Source of the DNA: Malacoraja senta
Taxonomy: Eukaryota
Length of the DNA: 64,000 nt
Assembly: GCA_038087875.1 (NCBI GenBank)
Contig: CM075996.1
Span: 682,001 to 746,000 of the forward strand
Direction of reading: 5' to 3'
The first letter of the stretch is position 1, and every line of letters begins with the position of its first letter. This document shows positions 36,661-49,300 of the stretch, one piece after another. Under the pieces are notes generated by a model, which did not search any database, was not told the origin of the DNA, and saw only the letters and a list, made by a program, of their open reading frames with translations. The translations under genes and the position numbers were made by a program.

Positions 36661-39600
36661 GGTGAAGGCGAGGGGGGTGGAGCGGGGCTTTATGAGGGGC
36701 TGTGATTCGGGGGAGGAGTGAATGGTTGGGAGGGGGAATCGGGGAGACTAAGGAATGAGGGGGAGGGGCAATGGATGCATTGACGATGGAGGTTAGAGGA
36801 ATGGGATCTAGGTAGGTGATGGGACACTGGCGGAGATGAAAAGGGTAATGAGGGAAGGGTTGATTAGAAACGGGGGTGCAGATAGTAGAAGGTGTGACAG
36901 GGAGGGGTGAATAAGGATGGCAAATGTGGTGGTAAGGATGAATTCAGTCTGGGGAGTGAATGGGTTGGTAGTAGAAGATGGGCAGCAGTGGTTGGGGGTA
37001 ATGTGGATGGTTGGGGTTGAAGTAAGTTAGGATGGATGTGCAGTTAGGAACTGCAGGTAGACACAAAAAACTCAGCGAGCCAGGCAGTATCTCTGGAGAG
37101 AAGGAATTGATGACATTTTGGGTCGAGACCCTTCAGACTGTATTCTGTGGAGTTGAATGGGATGGAAGTGGAGAGTGGACAGCAATGGTTAAGGCCAATG
37201 AGGATGGCAGATGCATTCTGTGGAGTGAATGCGGTGCCCTGGTTGAGGGCAGTGAGGAAGGCAGTAGGAATGGATGCAGTCTGGGAGACGGGTGGCGTGT
37301 GTGTTTGGGTTGAAGGGGAAGGTGGACAAGATTATTTGTGAGGGGTGTGGGTGGGCGGAGAAATGAGTGACAGAATTCAGAGTAAGGATAGGTGCAGTCT
37401 GGGCAGTGAATGGGCATGGATGTAAGTGGAAGGTAGACATAATTTGGGGGAGGGTGGGAAGAAAGGAGAATGATTGGGGTAGACAGAAAGAGGAACGTTT
37501 GATTGTGGTTAATAATGCATTATCCCAGATGTGCTCTTTTTCTGCCCTCACCCCACCTTTTTAGTTATTCCTGGTTCCTGGTTCACTTGATCTTCACATC
37601 CTTGAGGGTCTGGTATCTGCCTGATTATATTTGGTAAACACCTATGTTAATGAACCCATCACTTCCGTTCCTTCTTAATTGTCCAAACCCTCCATGATAG
37701 CAAGACTATCTCTTACATCTGCACTGCTCACCGCAGACCTGCTAATTGACGATTATAGCGACGTCTACTAATAGCCATATACCTTCCATAAACCCTTTCC
37801 TGATGGCATCTCACCATTTCAGCGATCGGCTAATGAAAAGGCAGATAATAATAACTTTTTTAAGCATCTTCTCTGGTGATTGTGAGATGGGTAGAAAAGT
37901 AGTTAGTTTTCTCTTGAGTTAAAGTAATATTCTCTTCTTTGATGTGGGATTATTAATTCTGTAACCTTGGGCCATTAACTTTTCCTCAGCCACTTATTTT
38001 AATTATTCTCAGCCTGGTTACACACATTTGTCTCACGTAATAAAAGATAGCTTTTTTTCGTGAAATTTGTTCCAGACTAGGATAGGAAATGCTGTGGATT
38101 CCATCCAATTGCAGAAGTATGATTCAACCCTTTAGTGGCCAGTCAGAATTTGAGGGCCGAGTAATAAAACAGCTAGTTTACTTCATTCATCTAATTTGAA
38201 GAAATTAAAACCTGAACGTATGTATAGAGCTTTGTAGCCACACATTTTTAAAATTTCATTTAAGATTTTCAGTGTTTTAAGTACTTTTATCTAAACACTA
38301 AACATTGATTTGAATAAATGGGAGTGCACTCAGTGAGGAAATTGGAAGAGATTCAAATCGGAAATATTCCACTTGTATTCATGGCCTTTTTGGCTAAACG
38401 TGACTTAAAAAGGGAAACTTTATTAAATCCTTATTGGTTTTTTTCTGTTTTTTCCCCCCAAAAGTAAAAGTGAACATCTGCTTTGGATGAATAGAGCCAT
38501 CCTTAATTTTATTGTTTCTAAAATAAATTGTGCATAAGTTATAGACAAAATTAATAATCTACATTGATAAATTTGAATTTATACTCATATTGGGTGTAGT
38601 GCATGAGGAGCATAATTTACAATTAAATATTTCCTGTAGTTTGAAAGCATGGATTCTGAGAAGGTCACATTAAAATTAAGTACAGAAAAAATGAGTAGAG
38701 CACTTAGAGGAAATGAAAAGAACGAATACTGCAGATGGGGAGAGGGTTGCAAAGATCACTGAAGTATAATGAAAGAAAGACGTAATACTAATAGGGGGTT
38801 CCTACCCAGGATCTCCTTTCGGATGAGTAAAAGCTTTTTAGTAAAAATTTCATCATCACCTGTATGTTTCATCATTGCACACATTCTACAACTGACTGTT
38901 TGCAGAGGAAAGATGAGCTCTTTATGGCATTGTGCTAAACTAAATCAGTTATGTTTAAATATCTGTTAAGATGTTTTACAAGTTGGAACAGGGCATTTAA
39001 AAAAAAATGTCTATGAAATATTCTGCTATGTTTAACTACAATTTTCTTCAAGTATTTTTCAAACAATTTTTGATCAATGGTTGTAACCTACCTCTGAATT
39101 AAATTTAACTTTTCCTCAATCCAGAAATTCTAAAACATAAATCCAGGTTGATGTTTAATTACAATAATGTTTTTCGGTTTGGCCCTGTCAAGTGGATGTA
39201 AAGGATTGTATTTACTCCTCTATCAACATAACTAGAGGAGGACAACTGGGAAATATCACTATGCCCTTTGAGGAGACTTACAATGTTCAGTTGGCTACCA
39301 GATTTTCTGCTTGACAAATGTCAAAAAGTATCTTAATGCTGTATAATGGGTTGAGGCTTGCAAATTCTGATGGATCTGTATTGTTGATGGTTTTTGGCAG
39401 TTTAATGGCAGTTCCTTTTGCATCCCAGTAAATGTACTGAGTAGTTTCCACTGTGCCTCAAATCGAGAAGCATGTTGTTGCATGGAACCCCAGGTTCACC
39501 AACTATTGCCATATGGAAGCTGCATTTTACAAATTATACTGTTTATGAAAAAAAATATTCCTGATCTCATCAACAATTTCTTGTACGGAATTAGTTTCAA

Positions 39601-42600
39601 GAACCGAGCCCTGACTACCCTAGAGAGCCTCCTGGTCATAGACTTAAAAATGAAAAGTTGGAGGGGCAGGGGGGGGGGGGGGGGGGGGGGCGGAGAACCA
39701 AGTTTTGACTTTGTATCTTTTAAGATGTGGAATATATGCAATTTTTTGGGGAAAGATTTTGTTTTCTGGTTATTCATATCAATTTTAGACAGCAATGGCT
39801 TCCTTCAAATAATTCCTCTAAGTGATCTCCACAATTGTTCGCCTTTTTCTCTGAATCTCTAAAGATAATGCTAAACAGTATTCTGAGGTAAGAGACAAAA
39901 GAAATACATATATTTGAGGGATGGTCATATTTTGATTAGGGAAGCTATAACTGGCAATTATTATTAATTTAACAGAGGAAATATCCCATGATGTTACACA
40001 AAAGCACAGTGAGACAAGCTTAAACATCGGGCCAAAAGGAGGTAGGCTTCAAAATAAGTAGTGATATGGGAAGTTTTAGAAAGGGACTACTTTGTCATTA
40101 TGGTATCAAGAGTTTTAAGTGCAAAGTAAGCTATGGTGCAAATTTTACATCCTGAAAAACACTTTATTTCCAAGTTCTATATCTCTTACGTTTATGTACG
40201 GTAATAAAATAAATGTTCATTCTACATGCAACTTGTTCCATTTTCAGTATATTTAGATTGTCCTGTGATTAGGTTAGCTACCAACCTTGTTTATTTGTAT
40301 GAATTCTGACAGATGCTCTTGGGCTGTACTTAAGTTCATTTATTTCTTTTGGGAACACTGAAGTACACCCGGGTTCAAAAAATCTCTTGTTAAAGCTTAT
40401 AATTTCAAATTTTGTAGATAAATTGTCTGAAAAATGCACTACATGCAGGATTAACTGAAGAGGATCAGACTAAGCAGAGTTTACATTTGGATTGCAAAGT
40501 AATCACTGAAGGTTCACAGAAACAGAAAGTGAAAGAAGAAGAAATGGGGTGTGGTAAAATTTAAAAAAATTAAAGCAAAGGCATTTATAATTTTGGAAGG
40601 GAAATGCAAATTGGTCTTAATCAAGGTTTAGTTTACATGCTCAGTGTTTGGTCATCACTTTCCATTTAAAGAGGTCAAGGCAGTAATAAGAGTACGAGTT
40701 GTTTAAACTAGTACAATGTTGTTGAACATCAGCATTGTTGAGGATTGTCCCAATGTGGATTGAATTGATAATCTTGCCCTAAATGCAATATAATTTTCCA
40801 GTGACAGTGAGGATTATCTAAATTTCTCAATCAATTATACCTGTATGTCCTAAAGCATACCATCCCAAAATACTGTGGTGCATTGCCACTCCCGTCTTTT
40901 TCACATTGTTCGAAATTTTCTCAAACCCTTTTCTCTCTTCCCCAGCTCCCATTAAAAAAATAAAATTCCACACAATCCTTCTCTCACGTGCTTACATTAT
41001 CTTCCTACTCCTTGCCTTCTCTATTCACAAACATTTTCTTAGTGCATCTTTTATTTATATGCACTGAAATTTTACTATTTGAGAAAAGAAGAATTGTAAA
41101 AATGGGCCAAAAATTCGGACCCATTTGATATCCATATAATTTGATTGATTTTATCACTAAATGCATCTTCAGTTCCCTCTTAAATGTAATGATGTACATT
41201 TAAGCCCCTTCCTCCTCTCTGGGCAAGTACTTCGACCTGCTCACCTTGCTCTGTATCAATAATTGTATCTGTTCTGTTTGATCACATGCAGTCTCCTAAG
41301 CTTCAGCTGTGCTTTGTTGAGGTCATGTAAGGTTTAACATATTGATACCTTTGACCTTGAATCATTTAAATAGGATCTCCTGTCAACCTGTAGACTAAAC
41401 AAAAATGATGACTCAATACCATACAACAAAATTGCAATTAGGGCAACATTCTTTAAGATTGTGCAAGTATAATTCTTATACATTGATTTTTGTAGGAGAA
41501 ATAAAAGTGCCTATTCAGATGACTCAATAGACCTTTGGAAAGGTTAATTTGCACCATTGGGTTGTTGGAACATTGTCTATCGCTCCCATGCTTTTCAAGC
41601 CAGTTTGAAATTTGCCTGAGTTCTTTTGAGTTTTATGTGACTTTGGAAAAAACGTTTAAAGAAAACATTTCATTTTAGCACATTGTGTAAGTGCTCAAAA
41701 TAATGACCAAAATGTCTATCAGAGAAGGAATAATTCTAGCTAGAAATCATAAATTGGTTCGCTAGTTATCTGCATCAGATTTGCAGTTTCAAATGTCCTC
41801 TGCAGACATCTTCTTAGTATGTAAGAGCATTCTCTGTTTCATCTTCCAATGTTTTGATGATACTACACATGCCATTTTCAAATATTGATTAGCGCATCCA
41901 AACTAATCAAGTATGAAAAATTACAAGCTGAGCATGTAACTGGTGTACAATTTGAATCACGAGTTTACTTCTCCCATATGATATCTGGTGTGAAAAGTTG
42001 ATTGGTAAGCAACTCTTCAAGTTTCAACGGTGCTAATATTCTAATAGATTTAATTTAATTTAAGCATCATAATTTAATAATGGACTGACTAGTTTTGTAA
42101 TCTGTTGCAAGTTTTTTGAACAGCTGAAGTTCTGTTGATATCTGTTGATAACAATACTTTTAAAAAGTATCCTTTTAAATGACATTTTCAACCCCTCAGC
42201 CCTCATCCATTTCACTACATACTGTCGGTGATTTTTTTTTGTAATCCTGTTGTTACATTGTAAAACATCTGGTACATTGAGAACTTTTGTTTTCAAAAAT
42301 TCGGTCATGTGCTTGTGTTTGGGTGTTTAGCATTGCCCTTTGCTGTTGGCACTGTCATTGTTTGAAGCTCTATTGTACATAAGGTTTGTTTTTAATCTGT
42401 TCTGTAGGTCGTAAAAAACTAGTTGGTGTTGGGATAGTCCTATTTTGTGTTGTAGTAATCCCTGTAAAAAAACTTGATTTTATTTAAGGCTATCTTTTAC
42501 TTTGGGAAGTGTTTTTTACGGCCAATAAAGTACTTTTAAAGTTCTAGTTCTTACTGTTTGAAGTGGGGTAGCCAGTTCAGTGTTTAACAATGCTTCTATA

Positions 42601-43269
42601 AAAAAGTGTGAAAATGGCAGAAAGTCTATTTAAATTATATTTGTCGAACGATGATGCTTGTATCACACGCTATACTTCAGTATAGTGCTATGAAATCTTC
42701 AATGCCCACTGGAGAAAGCAGAAGAAGTCCTTGTGCAATAATTATTTGTAGTATTGCAGAGGAATGCCAGACCTATGCTATGGGAGTTAAACCCACATAC
42801 TGTGGACAGAGTTTGAAAATGTGTTGTCTTTGGGTGCCAGCAAAGAGATGTCCTTATGCATCCAAAAGTGTCCATTTATCTAGCTTTTACTCATTGTAAA
42901 TATATTAAAGTGCTTCTTGTGTTTAATTTTATGGCAGATTAACTTCAAATATGTTCTTCTGTTTTGAAATGTATATGGATGCTCATCATGTTTGTTTACT
43001 GTGCTGGCACTTCTAAGACTTCTCGTCTGATTTGTGCTTTGCTCCGAATTTTAGCGACCCATTGTATTGTTTATGTTGAAAACCCAAAATATTGTCTGAC
43101 CATTTTTATTCCAGATACTGCCTGGCATGCTGAGTTCCTCCAGCAGTACTTTTTGCTCAGGATTCCAGAATTTGCAATTTTTTGTTTCTCTATGTTTGAC
43201 AGACTATTCTGTTTAATTTTGTTTTAATATTGTCTTTTGCACCTCATTGAGGGTTTCTCTATTTATCAT

Positions 43270-44570
43270 ATGGACTGTACAGAATCCTCGGGTAAGATTT
43301 TACAATCTTGGCTCAATTCTTCTCCCCTCAACTGGAATACCTAATCATAAATTTGTGTATCTTTTATCCACTGAGGGAATTTACATCTATCATCTTGTTT
43401 GTGGTTAATGTACCATTCCAAGCCAATGCTAAGATTACACTGGATGAATTACACACTGTTGAGATGGAAAATCTTGATGTTCTGTTCATCATCGTTGATG
43501 ACTTCAATCAAGCAAATCTCAGGCCCGTACTGCGCAAATACCAGCAGCATGTCTCCTGCCTCACACTGGGTTTAACATTCTAGACCACTGCTATACCACC
43601 AAAGTACACCAATCCCTTCCCTTCATTTCACCCCGTCAGATCAGCTGTCGGTGCTGCTGCTGCCGCCTGCTTTCAGACTGGCATTGAAACATGAGGCACC
43701 AACAATGAGAGCAACACAGCAATAGACTGAAGAGGATGACTTGCTTGACTCAGAGGATCGGAACATGTTCAAGATCGCTACATCCAGACAATGAATATAC
43801 CTTAGACTGAACCTACCTGATCTCCCCTTGCCGGACACTTTAATCCTCCTTCCCATTCCTTCACAGACATTTCTGTCCTAGGTCTCCTCCATTGTCAGAG
43901 TGAGGCTAAATGCAAATTGGAGGAACAGCATCTCATATTTCGCTTGGGCAGCTTACAGCCCAGTGGTATGAATATTGATTTCTCTCACTTCAGGTAACCC
44001 CGGCATTCCCTCTCTCACTATCCCTCCCCCACCCAAGTCACACTAGCTTCTCGTTTTCACCCTACAAACAGCAAACAATGGCCTGTTTCTTTTATCATTA
44101 CTTTTTTGCATATCTTTTATTCATCGTTCTTTATCTCTCCACATCACCGTCTACATCTCTCGTTTCCTTTATCCCTAATCAGTCTGAAGAAGGTTCTTGA
44201 CCCGAAACGTCACCCATTCCTTCCCTCCAGAGATGGTGCCTGTCCCGCTAAGTTACTCCAGCTTTTTATGTCTACCTTAGTCATTACTGGTTTCATCAAG
44301 AAATGCATTGACAACTGCATTCCACCAAAGACTATTGGGGTCTATACTAAGCATAAATTTTGAATGAACTGGGAGATTCAATCTCTGCTGAAGTCCAGTT
44401 CCAAGACTTTCAAGAAGGTCGAGCCTGTGCTGTACTAGAAGTCCAAGCATGATCTCCATGTCTACCAGGGATGCCAGCAGGGAATACCAGGATACGCTAG
44501 AAGCTCAAATCAATCGAGCGGATGCCAGACAACAGTGGTGGGCCTGAATATAGGGTACAAGCTGAAATGG
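43270..44570 (+). mobile_element. Decayed Rex1/Babar-like LINE endonuclease region, split by Penelope
   Basis: ORF 43308: LEYLII..FYPLREFTSIIL..DFNQANL..YQQHVSC, then LDHCYT; resumes as VITGFIKKCID after 44280. Confidence 0.75.
43806..44272 (+). mobile_element. Penelope-like element 3' end: GIY-YIG endonuclease tail, pyrimidine-rich UTR and hammerhead-bearing terminus
   Basis: 43827-43997 reads LAGHFNPPSHSFTDISVLGLLHCQSEAKCKLEEQHLIFRLGSLQPSGMNIDFSHFR*; core CTGAAGA..GAAACGTC at 44184-44211; TSD TACCTTAG (43798-43805, 44273-44280). Confidence 0.85.
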
Positions 44571-46139
44571 ATGGGTCACCAACTATTGCCCATCCCTGTT
44601 TGCTCTGTGAAGTTAGTAATAAGCTGCTTTGTTGAGCCATTGCAGGTCATATGGTGAAGATACTCCCATGTGTTTCTAGAGAGGGTTCCAGGTACAGTGA
44701 TGTTGAAAAAAAATACGGATATTTCCAAATGAGGATGGTGTAAGATTTGGAAAGAAACCACCAAGTGGCTGTGTCCAGTGAGCCTGCTGCTGTTTTCTTT
44801 GGTGCTACAGGTTGCAGGTTTTGGAGATGATATTGGAATTGCCCAAGTGAGCACCTCAGCATTTTGAGTTCAAATCACCAAAAGTTTGATTGTTGTGATA
44901 GTTTTCAAGGCGAATCTTAAAGGAGGAAAGGGAGGCTGGGAGGAAATTACAGAGTTTAAGGCCCTGCAACTGAAGTCATGGTTACCAACGGTGTAGTAAT
45001 TGAATTTGGGAATTCCTGAAGTCTGCAGTTGGTAAAGTTCTTGGAGGGTAATGAGTTTGGAAGAGATGGTAGAGAGAGTTTGAGGAGGGATGTGGTAGTG
45101 GAGAATTACTTTGGTGGGCAAGGCTGTGAGGGATTCTCCAAACAAGGATAAGAATTTTAAAATTATTCTCTGAGAGTTTAGCAAAGGGAAGTGGAAATTT
45201 GTATGGCCTTAGGGTTATGGAAGCAGTAAGTAGAAAGACAGCTAGGAGAAAGTCTGAAGAATTAAGAAGTAATGAATGTATTCTATGTCTGAAGCAAGTC
45301 ATTCTAATATGTTAATTACCTGTTGCTGGTTTGACCCAGACTTTATTCTTTAATTTACAATGTCTTATGGTCTCTTGGGGAAAAATGCAATTTTGTTTTC
45401 TTATACAAGATATCGCAAGTCTGCAGCACAGAAACAAATGATTTAACCCAACCTAAAAAGCTGCACAGAAGTGATTATCAGACAGAATATAATGCTGAGC
45501 TGCATATGGTTTTGCAAGGTAAAATATTTGATCATACAGGTAGGTTTCAGAGAACTGGATTTTGATACAATTTATGCTTCTCATCTAAACCTATCATTGT
45601 ATCTGATGCTGCGCATTAAATGATTTGGAAAACTGCGCATTCTGATTTCTGAAATGTTTGTTGGGTCAGCTCCCAGGCTAAAATAACATTCTTAAGTAGC
45701 TAGCTTTTCTCTGTCTTAAGGTGTTTATCCTTGTGTATCAATGATGCTCTCTTCGGGTGACTTTGCGCGTCCTTTCTGAAGGTATTAATTAATTAAAATA
45801 GATATAATCCATTAGGTATAGAAGATTACATTGTTGGAATTGCAGCTGTTACAAAAGTTGTAACGGCATTGGTTGGCTAATATTTAGTCAGAAAGCTGTA
45901 GCTAACAGTGTAGAAGTAGTTTTCTTCCTGCTCTAGGAAAGGTTCACAAAGAAACTCTAGACATATTAAAAAAAAAAAAAGTTTTTTGTACATAATTTAG
46001 CAACTTTGTTCATTTGCCGCTATGACGTTCTGTTGCAAACATTAACGGAGATATCATTTATCTAGTGAGCAACACGTGATATTCATTGAAATACTTTTGT
46101 GTATAGCGGTCTAGGGGTATTTTGGTGTTGAAAATCAAA

Positions 46140-46370
46140 GGAAAAGTGGAGATACAGAAAATCGGAAATGGGAAGTACTGGAAACACTCAAGGTATCAAT
46201 TGGCATCTGTGGAAAAGGCAACGATTAATGTTTAAAGTCACAGTTCCTTCGTCAAAGCGTCATCAGTATCGATGAAGGGTCTTTGATGCAAAATGCTAAA
46301 TTTGCCTCACTTTTCTCAAATGCTGACTGACATTCTGAGTGTTTCCAGCGTTTTCTGTTTTGCTTTCAAT
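46140..46370. mobile_element. Old Penelope-derived palindrome
   Basis: CTGGAAACACTCA / TGAGTGTTTCCAG inverted arms; degenerate core GATGAAGGGTC. Confidence 0.6.
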
Positions 46371-46659
46371 ATATTGTGTTAACAGAAGATACTTTTTGGC
46401 CTTACCTCTCTTATTCTTGATAGCTTGTGGTATAGGTTGAGGTTAAGGAATGGTTGTTTTTATCCTTGAAATAAATTCGTTGAAAATTTCAATGCAAGAT
46501 CATGGATATTTTTATGCTTAGTTCGTTTAAAAACAATCATGTTAAGTGGAGAAAGCAAGTCTGAATATTTTAAGAGCTGCAAAATAAGGTGTGTATGAGT
46601 AAAAACATTGTTGAGAGTCTATTTGGTTATATAAAGCAAATAAAAATACTAGTATTTTC

Positions 46660-46960
46660 ATAGCTTAATTCACAATGCTGTTATTGCAGATAATGTTAAT
46701 GTTGTCAGGTAGGAAACATACACCCAATTTGTGCAGTATATGTTTTCACAATGAGCAGTATGATCCAAATGTTTGGAGTGATGTTAATTGAATCATAAAT
46801 ATTGGAAGTACTCAGATATCTCTGCTACTCTTCAACAGAATGCCGTGGCATTTTTTGCATTTATCTGAGAGGGCCTTGGCTTCAAATCTGAAAGGTTATA
46901 TCTCTGATAGTGCAATGCTCCCTCAGTGGTGCTCAAGTCTCTTAAAGTTCAGATTTCAAA
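46660..46960 (-). mobile_element. DeuSINE/SacSINE1-like SINE
   Basis: Reverse-strand core (TCTGAGAGGGCCTTGG, GTGCAATGCTCCCTCAGT, TGCTCAAGTCTC). Confidence 0.65.
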
Positions 46961-47366
46961 TCCTATTTATGACCCGTGGATTGAAAATACATTGAAGGAT
47001 ATGATTTGAAGTTGAATAGATGTGTTTAAGATCAGATAAAATATTGGGCTTCATGGGGATAGCAATCTGATCCCTTTTTTGTAGCATGCTACATCATTTC
47101 CCTTTTGTGGTTCAGTAAAATATACTGCTTGGAGTTTGACTTAATATGGTGAGTATAAAGAAAGGTTCCTATTCAATATCCGCTATTATTCTCCTCTCCC
47201 GTGAGTGAGGTTCCAGTGTTTGTGTTGGGGTAATGAACTTAACTTCCTGATATTCAAGAGATCTGTTTGTCTCTCATTCGATTTAGCTTAGTTTAATATT
47301 GTCACGTGCACCAAGGTAGTGAAAAGCTTTCTTTTTGCATACTATCCAGTCAAAAAAACTATAGAT

Positions 47367-47832
47367 TATGCAGTTGCCCCGACTCTCCCGACGCCGGGGC
47401 AACTGCACCCGGCGAGAACGGCCAGGAACATCGGGCCTCCGTAGAGGGAACTATGGAGGCCTCAATAGGCCTGACTTTGTGGAGAACTGGGGTTGGGGAC
47501 TGGACATTGTGCGTTCCCCCACAGTGGTAACCATTGTGGGGGGATAATTTTGTGTGTAGTGTGTAGTGTTTATGTTAGTCTATGTCCAAGATGGCGGTCG
47601 GAAGGGAGAGTGGACGCTGGCGCGGTTTGGCTGCCGCTGCTCTCTCTTCACATTGTGTTTCTGAATTTTTGTTGTTGTCTTTTTTGGATCAAATTTCTGT
47701 CTTTAATTTGTGTATTGGTGATGTCTTTATAACTTATTTTACTCTGATTATATGTTTCTTTGTTAAATTTTGTAAGGTGTCCTTGAGACTTTTGTATAGG
47801 CGCCCATAAATAAAATCTATTATTATTATTAT
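47367..47832 (+). mobile_element. GC-rich non-autonomous element with L2-like 3' tail
   Basis: Tail GTAAGGTGTCCTTGAG..AGGCGCCCATAAATAAAA..(TAT)n; TSD TATAGAT (47360-47366, 47833-47839). Confidence 0.65.
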
Positions 47833-47839
47833 TATAGAT

Positions 47840-48770
47840 GAATACAAACAAGTCATCCCAAGTACACGGATAAAGGTTACAAACGTTTAGTGTAAAGCTA
47901 TAACATTGAAGTCTGATAAAGTCTGATTAAAGATAGTTCTAATGTCTCCAAAGTCAGCACCGCAATCTAGCTGATGAGAGGACCGTTAAGTTGCCTGAGA
48001 ACAGCTGCAAAGAAACTGTTCCTGAATCTGGAGGTATGCATTTTCAAACTTTTGTACCTCTTGCCTGATGGTAGAGGGGAGAAGAGGAAGTGACTGGGGA
48101 GAGACTGGTCCTTGATTATGCTGGCGTCCTTGCCGAGGTAGCATAGTACGGATGGAGTCAATGGAAGGGAGGCTGCAATTTGTGTGAAAGTCTGGGCTAC
48201 GTCCACAACTCTGCAATTTCTTGTGATCTTGGATGAAGCTGTTATCAAACCAAGCTGTGATGCATCCCTAATTTGTTGGGGACATGCTGAACTTCCTAAG
48301 CCTTCTGAGGAAATAGAGGCATTGGTGTCGTTTCTTGGCCATAGCTTTAATGCGGCTGGTCCAGGAAAATTGTTGGTGATATTTATTTATAGGAATTTTA
48401 AGCTTTTTACCATCTCAACTTTAGCGGCATCAATGTAGACTGGGGTGTGTGTATTGCATTGCTTCCTGAAGTCAATCACAATCTCCTTTGTCTTGCTGAC
48501 ATTGAGGGAGAGGTTGCTGTTGCACCAAATAACTCAGTCTCGTCATCATTTGATATCTGGTCCACTATGGTGAAATCGTCCGCGAGCTTTAGATTGAGTT
48601 AGATTGGTATTTGGTAGCAAAGTCGTGAGAATGGAAGGAGTATAGTAGGGGACCTAGAACATATCTTTGTGGGGCATCAGTGTTGGGAAATATCGTAGAG
48701 GACGTTTATCACATCCTCATGATTGTGGTCTGTGGGTCAGGAAGTCAAGGATCCAGTTGCAGAGGGATCC
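47840..48770 (-). mobile_element. Rex1/Babar-like LINE 3' part (continues to about 47285 beyond the insert)
   Basis: Minus ORF IIKDQSLPSHFLFSPLPSGKRYKSLK.HTSRFRNSFF..VLRQLN. Confidence 0.8.
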
Positions 48771-49039
48771 CCTTGTGTACTGTTGAAGCAAATGTTTGCT
48801 GATAACAATGGCTTTAGTGTTTTTCTGACCTCTGATATTGATGTTCCTTTTCCTGTCATAGTTTACCAAATTTTAATCCTTTTATCTTTTAATCTTTTCC
48901 CCCTATTTTTTGCAAAAACACTGACTCCTGGAATGCTGGCTTCACCCTCTAGATGTTTCCAATACTCCCCCAAAGTAGCCATTCCTACGTGAAAAAATGC
49001 ATATTTATAAAGAATCATTCATGACTGCAGGATATTCCA

Positions 49040-49300
49040 AACCATATCATCAAACACTGCACTTCAAAAGTACTTAATTGTATAATACGGACAATTAAGT
49101 ATTTTTGAAGTATAGTCTTTGATAATAATGAGTATATACTGATATCAATTACTGAGGGATAAATATTTGGCAAATGCATGGTCAAAACTCTTTCATATCA
49201 TACAATCTTCCGTGTCCTTCTGAGTAGGCAGTTCGGAGCTTAGTTTTTCTCACGGAATACTTTTTTTTAATAGCACAGTCCTGCTCAGGTAATGCATGGA
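49040..49300 (-). mobile_element. DeuSINE-like remnant
   Basis: TGAGGGATAAATATTTGGC and ACTTCAAAAGTAC motifs. Confidence 0.45.

Noticed and set aside
39482-39862. Overlapping ORFs with poly-Gly and poly-Pro
   Set aside because: Produced by a G homopolymer
41855-41930. TGATGA...CTGA resembling an intronic C/D snoRNA
   Set aside because: Non-purine before box C, weak terminal stem and no target I can establish; likely chance in AT-rich DNA
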